Below, piece by piece: positions 25,762 through 32,000 of a stretch of 32,000 bases of DNA. Positions within the stretch are counted from its first letter, which is position 1. Each line of letters starts with the position of its first letter. Made by a program: the position numbers and the translations under genes. The notes beneath the pieces were generated by a model. That model did not search any database. It was not told where the DNA came from and saw nothing but the letters and a program-made list of their open reading frames with translations. This DNA comes from a bacterium (GTDB taxonomy: Bacteria; UBP7; UBA6624; JBBIMK01): the NCBI GenBank assembly GCA_037444445.1, contig JBBIMK010000021.1, positions 1 to 32,000 of the forward strand, written 5' to 3'.

Positions 25762-25972
25762 ATGCCATTTACAACCGTAAAAGTCATAAAAGGAGTGTTC
25801 TCCAAAGAGCAAAAAGGCCCAACTCATCCACAAGGACACCGAAGCGATGATTGAGGTTGAGGGCGAGGGCATGCGCGATTTGACCTGGGGCGACATTGAA
25901 GTAGTGGAACCTGGAGATTGGGCAATCGGAGGCAAGCCCATCTATCCCAAGCCGAAGCCAGCGGGTTCGTAG
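25762..25972 (+). pseudogene. 4-oxalocrotonate tautomerase family gene interrupted by a 1-nt frameshift (a pseudogene or an indel error)
   Basis: AAGGAGG lies 8 nt upstream of the ATG. Frame 1 gives MPFTTVKVIKGVFSKEQK, then runs into a stop at 25852. From 25817 the +1 frame reads AQLIHKDTEAMIEVEGEGMRDLTWGDIEVVEPGDWAIGGKPIYPKPKPAGS*. Joined, the two parts give a typical tautomerase of about 69 aa with Pro-1. The break falls in caAAAAAGGCCCaa. Confidence 0.7.
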
Positions 25973-26039
25973 TTTCAAATGATAACTGAAAAAAAATTCA
26001 AAGAATTCTCTCACGGCCCATTAACAAAACTGCCACGCT

Positions 26040-26065
26040 AAAAAAGCAGCCAGCGGAGAACGCTG
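26040..26065 (-). terminator. Weak candidate intrinsic terminator downstream of the repeat-protein gene
   Basis: On the minus strand: CAGCG-ttctc-CGCTG, followed by gctgcTTTTTT. The stem is only 5 bp and the T tract is offset by 5 nt. Confidence 0.3.
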
Positions 26066-26140
26066 AGCGAGAAGTCAAGATTTTGTATCATCGGTAGCGT
26101 TGAGGTCAAAAGATTTAAGGTGTAAAAGGGTGGGGAGGGA

Positions 26141-28261
26141 TTATTTTTTGAGGAGTTGGAGTTCTTCCTCGGTGAGGGTGCCGGAGCCGTCTTGCTTTCG
26201 CAGTTTTGCGATTTCTGATGCGAGGGCAGAGCGCTGCTGGATAGCCAGAGCAATCAGGCTCTCCAGGACTTCAGCGGAGGCGCCGAGTTTTACCACCTCA
26301 AAGGCGGATTCCAGGTCGCCAGCGCGGATAAATTCCACCGCCATCTGATTGATTTCCTCAAGGGTCAGGGTTCCTGTTCCGTCGGGCTTTCTCAGATAAG
26401 CAACTTGAAGAGCTTTCGGCAGGTTCCGTTCGCGGATGGCGAAGCGAACCAGGCGGTCAATTTCCTCAGGGAAGAGGGTTCCGGTTCCATCCGGCTTCCG
26501 GTGGCGAGCCACTTCTATGGCATCTCCCAGCATCCCCCTGCGAACGCAGTAACCGACGAGCATATCGTAAGCAAAGGGGGTAGCACCCAGGCGTGCGGTT
26601 TCCAGACCCGTGCGAAAATCTCCATCTTCAACGAACCGTTGCACCAGCCGGTCCAGAACATCTGGCGAGGCTCCCAGTCGCGCCGCCTGAAGTGCCTCCC
26701 TTGTCCTTCCTTCCCGGTTCAAGTGAACCACCATCTGGTCAACTTCCGCTGGAGTGAGTATTCCAGTTCCATCGGGCTTTCGCAATTTCGCCGCCTGAAC
26801 GGCTTCCTCTACCATCTGCCGTTCGGTGCAGTAAGAAACCAATAAATCAATCGTTTCCGGCACTGCACCCACACGAAGAGACTGGAACATATCGGGAAAT
26901 CCTCGGGCTTCCAGGTATTTCACGACGAGGCGGCCGAAGGTGGCTGGATGTATAATCTGCCGCACCCGCTCCTGAGTCCAGGGTCCCTTCCCTCCTGCGT
27001 CTATAAAAATCCGAAACAGGAATTCCATTTCTTCCAGTGTTACATATCCGGTTCCTTCGGGCGTGCGAAGACGAGCCGCCTGCTGAATCACTTCCACTCT
27101 CGGGAACTGGCTCTGCATTTCTCTCTGGATGAGTCGAGTCAGGAGCTCGGAATGGCTGGTAGGGTCTCGGGCGGATTCCCCTGCTTCCGGAAGATACCTG
27201 AGCAGAAAAGAGGTTCGCAAAGTGTGGAGTTCCTCCGGCGTCAGGGAGCCTTTACCGCCGGGCTCTCGCTGATGGGCGGCACGAAAGGCATGGTCCACAT
27301 ATCCCCGCTGTAGATAAAGGGACATCAAGCGTTCCCGTAAGGGGGGAGAAACACCCTGCTGGGCAATCTGAAGCACCACATCCAGCCAGAAGACGGGCAC
27401 ACCCTGTTCCATCACGGATTCCCGTTCTACCCAGCCTTTCTTTTCATCCAGGAAAATGAGAGCGTGGCTCACCAGCCTTTCTCTCACATCTTCCGAGACA
27501 CCGAATTTCGCCACTTCAATGGCGGGCCAGAGGTCCACCAGAGAAGCATCCCGAGCCAGGAGGTTTTTCACCAGGTCATTCCGCTCTTCCAGGGTCAGGT
27601 TGCCTGTTCCATCCGGTGTACGGAGTTTCGCTGTTTCCATGGCGACGGCGGCATTTCCCCTGGCGATTAAGACTTCAATCAGGCGATTCAAGCAAGAAAG
27701 GGAAACGCCACGGCGAGCCACCCTCGCCGCAATGTCTTCTCTTCCATTGGCAATGAAAGCATCTACCAGCCGCTCATAATCCTCCATTGAAGTGGTGCTG
27801 ATGCGAGTGGCTTTCAGGGCTTCTTCCATATTTCCTGATTGAATATTCACCTGGATGAGCGTACTGACTTCTTCGGGAGTTAATTTTCTGTCTGGGCGTA
27901 AGCGGGCGGCTTTTCGGGCGATGTCCACCCATCCGGCCTTCGCATATGCGTGAATTAACTTCTCCCGCAGGCTTTCCGGCACCGTCTTGTCCAGGAATTC
28001 CACGGTATAAGAAACCTGGTCATGCTGGAGACACGCCTCCAGAAACAGATGAAGAGCCTCGCGTGAGGGCTTCAGCCTGCAGGCTTCAGCGGCAAGGTGA
28101 AACTGCATTGCCTCCACGAGGCTCCGAACCAGCAGGTCCACCCCCTTCTGGGAGGCTCCATGCGCCGCCCGATGAACCGCTTCCTCCCACTTCCTCTGAA
28201 AGAGGGCGGAACGAACAAGCCCATCTACCCGACGCTCATGTAACCTCTGCAACAAGCCCAC
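26141..28261 (-). CDS. Cytoplasmic alpha-helical tandem-repeat protein (706 aa, PPR/TPR-like units of about 31-36 aa)
   Basis: No signal peptide. There are six clear copies and two degenerate copies of A[KR]LR[KT]P[DE]G[TS]GxLTxEE. These alternate with seven copies of G[AV][ST]x[DE]VL[DE]RL[VI]-type helices. Segments such as FAYDMLVGYCVRRGMLGDAIEVARHRKPDG resemble the 35-aa PPR consensus. The matching DNA repeats (for example ccatccggctt, ccatcgggctt) are visible. Confidence 0.8.
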   Translation of the reverse strand: MGLLQRLHERRVDGLVRSALFQRKWEEAVHRAAHGASQKGVDLLVRSLVEAMQFHLAAEACRLKPSREALHLFLEACLQHDQVSYTVEFLDKTVPESLREKLIHAYAKAGWVDIARKAARLRPDRKLTPEEVSTLIQVNIQSGNMEEALKATRISTTSMEDYERLVDAFIANGREDIAARVARRGVSLSCLNRLIEVLIARGNAAVAMETAKLRTPDGTGNLTLEERNDLVKNLLARDASLVDLWPAIEVAKFGVSEDVRERLVSHALIFLDEKKGWVERESVMEQGVPVFWLDVVLQIAQQGVSPPLRERLMSLYLQRGYVDHAFRAAHQREPGGKGSLTPEELHTLRTSFLLRYLPEAGESARDPTSHSELLTRLIQREMQSQFPRVEVIQQAARLRTPEGTGYVTLEEMEFLFRIFIDAGGKGPWTQERVRQIIHPATFGRLVVKYLEARGFPDMFQSLRVGAVPETIDLLVSYCTERQMVEEAVQAAKLRKPDGTGILTPAEVDQMVVHLNREGRTREALQAARLGASPDVLDRLVQRFVEDGDFRTGLETARLGATPFAYDMLVGYCVRRGMLGDAIEVARHRKPDGTGTLFPEEIDRLVRFAIRERNLPKALQVAYLRKPDGTGTLTLEEINQMAVEFIRAGDLESAFEVVKLGASAEVLESLIALAIQQRSALASEIAKLRKQDGSGTLTEEELQLLKK

Positions 28262-28462
28262 GAATTACTTCACCTGCCTCCTCTTTACCTCCTTCAATCA
28301 TCTTTATTATCTCATAGAAGTTCCTGCGATTTCAACTGTCGGGGAAGATAGGGTATTCAAAATTCTCTACGAATTTGCAGTGCGGGAAGAGACAAATCTA
28401 TGGCTTCCCCGTGCCTCCCGCAGGTTTTGTATGGATGGCTATCTGCCCCCACCAACGGAGGG

Positions 28463-28471
28463 TGGTATAAT
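28463..28471 (+). promoter_or_regulatory. Candidate extended -10 promoter (TGgTATAAT) for the MFS-methyltransferase pair
   Basis: TGGTATAAT lies 33 nt upstream of the ATG at 28504. A CCACC/GGTGG hairpin (28448..28464) abuts it. Confidence 0.35.
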
Positions 28472-28503
28472 GGGGAAGGTTATGGTGGTCGTAAAATTTT
28501 TCT

Positions 28504-29799
28504 ATGGATAGCACCGGAGGATTTTTATCTTCAGAAATAAACAGAATGCGGGAGCGGTTTCCCGCCCTGCAATCTCGTGACTTTCGGATGTTCTGGACAG
28601 GGCAAATGGTTTCTCTCACCGGCACCTGGATGCAGTCCGTGGCGCAAGCGTGGCTGGTGCTGAAACTGACGAATTCGCCGCTGACGCTGGGCATCATTGG
28701 CGCCCTCCAGTCGGCTCCCGTGTTCCTCTTTTCCATCTTCGCAGGGGTTCTGATAGACCGCATCCCGAAACGAACTTTGCTCCTGTTCACTCAATCCGTC
28801 CTCACTCTTCAGGCGCTGATTTTAGGCATCCTCACTCTCACGAAAACTGTGGCGTTCTGGCATATTGCCGTGCTGGCAACTGTCCTCGGGCTCGCCAATA
28901 CTATGGATATGCCCGGTCGGCAGGCTTTCATCAAAGAAATGGTGAAGCGGGAAGATGCGGTGATGAATGCAGTGGCTCTGAACTCCACCATCTTCAACCT
29001 TGCGAGGGTGCTGGGACCGGGAATTGCCGGCCTCCTGATGACCCGGTTTGACATCGGCATCATTTTCATACTGAATGCCTTCACTTTTCTCCCGGTTCTC
29101 TGGAGCATTCATCGGATGGAAGCAGGTAGGGAGGCGCCCAAAACCAACACTACCATTCTCAAAAGTGCAACAGAAGGCTTACACTATGTGAGAAGCCAGC
29201 CGGTGCTTTTCAGGCTTCTTCTCCTCCTCGCCTTCCTCAGTATCTTCTCCATCAACTTCAATGTGTTGATACCTGTGTTCGCCAAAATCTATTTGCATGA
29301 AACGGCGAAGGGCTACGGCCTATTGATGTCTTCTATGGGGCTGGGAGCGCTGGCAGGCGCTGGATTCCTGATTCTTCTCAGCCGACGGGGACCCCAATCT
29401 TCTCTGATTTACGGGGGAGCCCTCGGGCTTTGTATTTTTCAAGCACTCCTGCCCCTCACTCATTCTATTCCCTCCGCTTCTCCTCTTTTATTCCTTGCGG
29501 GCGCCAGTATGATTATCTACATTTCCACCACGAATACCCTACTTCAGGTAACCAGTCTGGATGAATATCGTGGGCGAGTGATGAGCCTTTATATACTGGT
29601 CTTCGGCGGTGCTACTCCCATTGGTAACCCGCTCATTGGCACCCTCACGGAGCATCTGGGCGTTCCATTCGCTCTGCTTTTCGGCGGGCTTCTGGGCGCG
29701 GTCATCACACTCATCTTCGCCGGGTGGAGGCTCTACGCTCGTCGCCCCACCAATCTCGGAATTCCCTTCCCGGGAATGAAATGGAGAACCTTCAAATGA
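28504..29799 (+). CDS. MFS transporter (EntS/MFS_3-like, 12 TM)
   Basis: FRMFWTGQMVSLTGTWMQSVAQAWLVLKLTNSPLTLG...AGVLIDRIPKR is the typical N-terminal signature of this MFS subgroup, and the protein is hydrophobic throughout. An alternative start lies at MRERF (28546). Confidence 0.85.
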   Translation: MDSTGGFLSSEINRMRERFPALQSRDFRMFWTGQMVSLTGTWMQSVAQAWLVLKLTNSPLTLGIIGALQSAPVFLFSIFAGVLIDRIPKRTLLLFTQSVLTLQALILGILTLTKTVAFWHIAVLATVLGLANTMDMPGRQAFIKEMVKREDAVMNAVALNSTIFNLARVLGPGIAGLLMTRFDIGIIFILNAFTFLPVLWSIHRMEAGREAPKTNTTILKSATEGLHYVRSQPVLFRLLLLLAFLSIFSINFNVLIPVFAKIYLHETAKGYGLLMSSMGLGALAGAGFLILLSRRGPQSSLIYGGALGLCIFQALLPLTHSIPSASPLLFLAGASMIIYISTTNTLLQVTSLDEYRGRVMSLYILVFGGATPIGNPLIGTLTEHLGVPFALLFGGLLGAVITLIFAGWRLYARRPTNLGIPFPGMKWRTFK

Positions 29800-30554
29800 C
29801 ATCGGCAGAAGAATGGTGGCAGGATTTCTTTGACGAAGATATGAAAAAAATCCTGTTCCCCGAGGAAAGATGGCAAAAGGCGGAAGAGAATGCAGACGCT
29901 TTAGTAAGGCTTCTGGAAATCCTCCCCGGAGCCAATATCCTCGATTTAGCCTGTGGAACCGGGAGGTATGCCATTCCCCTCGCTCGCAGAGGATTTCAGG
30001 TGACAGCCCTGGACCTCACACCTGCTTATTTACAGGAGGGACAGAAGAAAGCCGAGGCTGAAAACCTATCCATTCGGTGGGTTCAGGGTGATATGCGCGA
30101 CATTCCTTTTCAGGATGCATTTGACGCTGTGATCAACATCTTCACCAGTTTCGGGTTCTTTGAAGAGGAAAGCGACCATTGGAAAACGCTAAAAGGCATT
30201 GCTAAGGCACTCAAGCCCGGGGGTAAGTTTTTAATGGATGTGATACATCGGGATTGGCTGATTCGCAACTTTCGGCCCCGCAACTGGCATCAGCAAGATG
30301 GGGATTCCTATCTCTTAGAAGAGAGTCAATTTGACGAAGTGAACAGCCGGGTCATTTCCATCTGGACCCTGCTTCTGCCCTCCCGACGCAGGGAATATCG
30401 CTTTTCCCTTCGTGCTTTTACACTGAAGGAACTCATTCAGTTGTGCGCCTCCGCAGGGTTAGAATATGTGAAAGCGTGTGGAAGCCTGAGTGGAGAAGCC
30501 CTTTCTCTGGACTCCCAGCGTCTTATCTTTCTCGCCCGCAAGCCCTTGCCATAA
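29796..30554 (+). CDS. Class I SAM-dependent methyltransferase
   Basis: Motif I ILDLACGTGRYAIPLA, an acidic loop (VTALDL), motif II/III region FDAVINIFTSFGFF, and LKPGGKFLMD. The start ATG at 29796 overlaps the MFS stop (ATGA). An alternative ATG lies at 29781. Confidence 0.85.
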   Translation: MTSAEEWWQDFFDEDMKKILFPEERWQKAEENADALVRLLEILPGANILDLACGTGRYAIPLARRGFQVTALDLTPAYLQEGQKKAEAENLSIRWVQGDMRDIPFQDAFDAVINIFTSFGFFEEESDHWKTLKGIAKALKPGGKFLMDVIHRDWLIRNFRPRNWHQQDGDSYLLEESQFDEVNSRVISIWTLLLPSRRREYRFSLRAFTLKELIQLCASAGLEYVKACGSLSGEALSLDSQRLIFLARKPLP

Positions 30555-30645
30555 AAGACAATTGAGCCTCTGCACAATTCATAATGCCTCCCCATTAAAA
30601 CGATAAATGCTGATGAAGGTGTAAAATGCAAGGGGTGGTGGGTAG

Positions 30646-31536
30646 ATGAGAAAAGGAATGATGCTCGTGTTTGCAGTCTTCTTCCCGCTTTTGTTTTCTC
30701 CATCAACACAGCAGAGGAAGCACCCGAGGTGGATAACTCTGGAGGATAAGGTGGCCTCGGGGCAGTGGTTTGAATTGAAGGAGATTGAGGAGCCTTCAGG
30801 AATTGTTTTTGTTCCTCTTCGTGGCACTCTTTTTGTCATCGGCGACGAAGGCGATGTGGCGGAATTATCAAAGGAAATGAGAATCCTCAAGCAGAAGCGC
30901 CTCGCACCGTTAGAAGGAGGGGAAAATTATGACCTGGAAGGTGTAACCTATAATCCCTTCAATAATCGCTTGTATGTGGTTGTGGAAGGCGAAGACATCA
31001 TTTTTGAGCTTCACCCGGAAACCCTAAAAATCCTGAGAAAATTTCCTGTGGACCGCTCGTTTGGTGAGAACCCGGAAATCATTAAACCCGGGGGAAATGG
31101 GATAGAGGGGATTACTTTTGTTCCGGATGTTTCTTCGCCGGAAGGAGGGTTTTTCTATGCAGTGAATCAAATGGACCCACCGTTGATTTTGAAGCTTTCC
31201 GTCCCGATTCTTTCCTCATCCACCAATGCTTCAGCAAAAATTCTGCAAACTTTTACTCTCCCTCTTTCTGTTCGTTCTCTTAACGAAATTCAATACGACG
31301 AGACAAGACGCATTTTTTACATTCTCACGGGCTTCTGGAACACCTGGTATATCGCGGATGAGAAGATGAACATCCTTTTTCGTGGACCTTTCCCGGGTCT
31401 TCAATCCGAGGGGCTGACCTTTGATGATGAAGGCAACCTGTATATTGCAGAGGATGCGGGTGGCGTCGTTAAAATCTCCTTCCACACCCCCCTCTTTTCA
31501 ACATCACCCTCTCGTTCACCTCTCCTTCTCCCCTGA
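30646..31536 (+). CDS. Secreted beta-propeller-like protein (a possible SdiA-regulated/YjiK-like or phytase-like fold)
   Basis: Signal peptide MRKGMMLVFAVFFPLLFSPS. Blade-like motifs recur: EPSGIVFVP, DLEGVTYNP, GIEGITFVP and SEGLTFDDEGNLYIAEDAGG. The family assignment is from memory of motif style only. Confidence 0.6.
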   Translation: MRKGMMLVFAVFFPLLFSPSTQQRKHPRWITLEDKVASGQWFELKEIEEPSGIVFVPLRGTLFVIGDEGDVAELSKEMRILKQKRLAPLEGGENYDLEGVTYNPFNNRLYVVVEGEDIIFELHPETLKILRKFPVDRSFGENPEIIKPGGNGIEGITFVPDVSSPEGGFFYAVNQMDPPLILKLSVPILSSSTNASAKILQTFTLPLSVRSLNEIQYDETRRIFYILTGFWNTWYIADEKMNILFRGPFPGLQSEGLTFDDEGNLYIAEDAGGVVKISFHTPLFSTSPSRSPLLLP

Positions 31537-31543
31537 AAAAAAG

Positions 31544-31552
31544 TGATACAAT
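31544..31552 (+). promoter_or_regulatory. Candidate extended -10 element (TGaTACAAT) upstream of hsp20
   Basis: TGATACAAT lies 27 nt upstream of the ATG, with AAGGAGG at 31563..31569. I saw no CIRCE or other heat-shock operator. Confidence 0.3.
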
Positions 31553-31578
31553 AAATTTGGTTAAGGAGGTGAGCCATA

Positions 31579-32000
31579 ATGAGCAGTAGTAGCGATAGGG
31601 AAAGGGAAGAGGAAAGATTTCTGCCCAGAATATTTCGGGAAGGCTTGCGGGATTGGATGGAAGAGTTTTTGCCAGAGCGATGGTGGGAGCCGAGTTTGCC
31701 CCGAAGAGGACGGGGGCTTGCCTGGGGCCCTGCTCTGGATTTCTACGAGACGGAGGACGCTTATCATGTAGAAATGGATTTACCCGGATGGAAGAAGGAA
31801 GAGATTAAAATTCAGAAGAAAGGCAATCATCTGGAAATCCGGGGAGAGAAGAGAGAAGAGCACGAAGTTCGGAAAGAGAATTATATTCGTAGAGAGCGTC
31901 GGAGTGGGAGCTTTGTCCGTACCGTCCCGATTCCTGATGATGCGGATGTTTCTTCCATTAAGGCGAAATTTGAAGGGGGCCTTTTACACGCTACAATCCC
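31579..32000 (+). CDS. Small heat-shock protein, Hsp20/alpha-crystallin family (3' end beyond the window)
   Basis: A strong SD precedes the ORF. PALDFYETEDAYHVEMDLPGWKKEEIKIQKKGNHLEIRGEKREE...YIRRERRSGSFVRTVPIPDDADVSSIKAKFEGGLLHATI matches the alpha-crystallin domain pattern. The frame is open to the window end. Confidence 0.85.
   Translation, partial: MSSSSDREREEERFLPRIFREGLRDWMEEFLPERWWEPSLPRRGRGLAWGPALDFYETEDAYHVEMDLPGWKKEEIKIQKKGNHLEIRGEKREEHEVRKENYIRRERRSGSFVRTVPIPDDADVSSIKAKFEGGLLHATI

Noticed and set aside
26141-28261. Reading the DGTGTLTLEE motif of the repeat protein as an EF-hand calcium-binding loop.
   Set aside because: An EF-hand loop needs Asp/Asn/Ser ligands at positions 1, 3 and 5, Gly at 6 and Glu at 12. 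With D at position 1, the motif has T at 3 and 5, L at 6, and acidic residues at 9 and 10. The match is poor.

Overview
This is a densely coding bacterial chromosomal segment. I saw no CRISPR array, IS or transposase, prophage or recognisable defence genes. The core (25097 down to 7156, minus strand) is a 17-gene division/cell-wall (dcw) super-operon: mraZ-rsmH-ftsL-ftsI-murE-murF-mraY-murD-ftsW-murC-murB-ftsQ-ftsZ-yggS-sepF-uppP-ftsK. Almost every junction overlaps or is separated by 10 nt or less. murG, ddl and ftsA are missing from their usual slots, and a SepF-like gene is present. Upstream of mraZ, an array of [A/G]TGGGG boxes flanks a TATAAT element; I read this as a candidate MraZ operator. 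The left flank is accessory-looking. It holds a 1125-aa lipoprotein with Ig-like domains and a C-terminal metzincin-like HExxH domain, then a 252-aa lipoprotein-like ORF, then an N-terminally truncated paralog of the protease domain that runs off the window. The large gene carries a (TTCC)5 tract in its first codons that sets the frame relative to an SD-proximal ATG, and a C9/G9 tract abuts its putative -35 box. Together these look like a contingency (phase-variation) locus. A DUF255/YyaL-type thioredoxin-domain gene sits between this module and ftsK. The right flank contains tRNA-Ser(GGA), a 4-oxalocrotonate-tautomerase-family gene broken by a 1-nt frameshift, and a 706-aa cytoplasmic helical-repeat protein (about 31-36-aa PPR/TPR-like units with a recurring LRKPDGTGxLTxEE motif). 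It continues with an MFS transporter translationally coupled to a SAM methyltransferase, a secreted beta-propeller-like protein, and a partial Hsp20 gene. All product calls come from motifs read by eye in the translations; no database search was possible.
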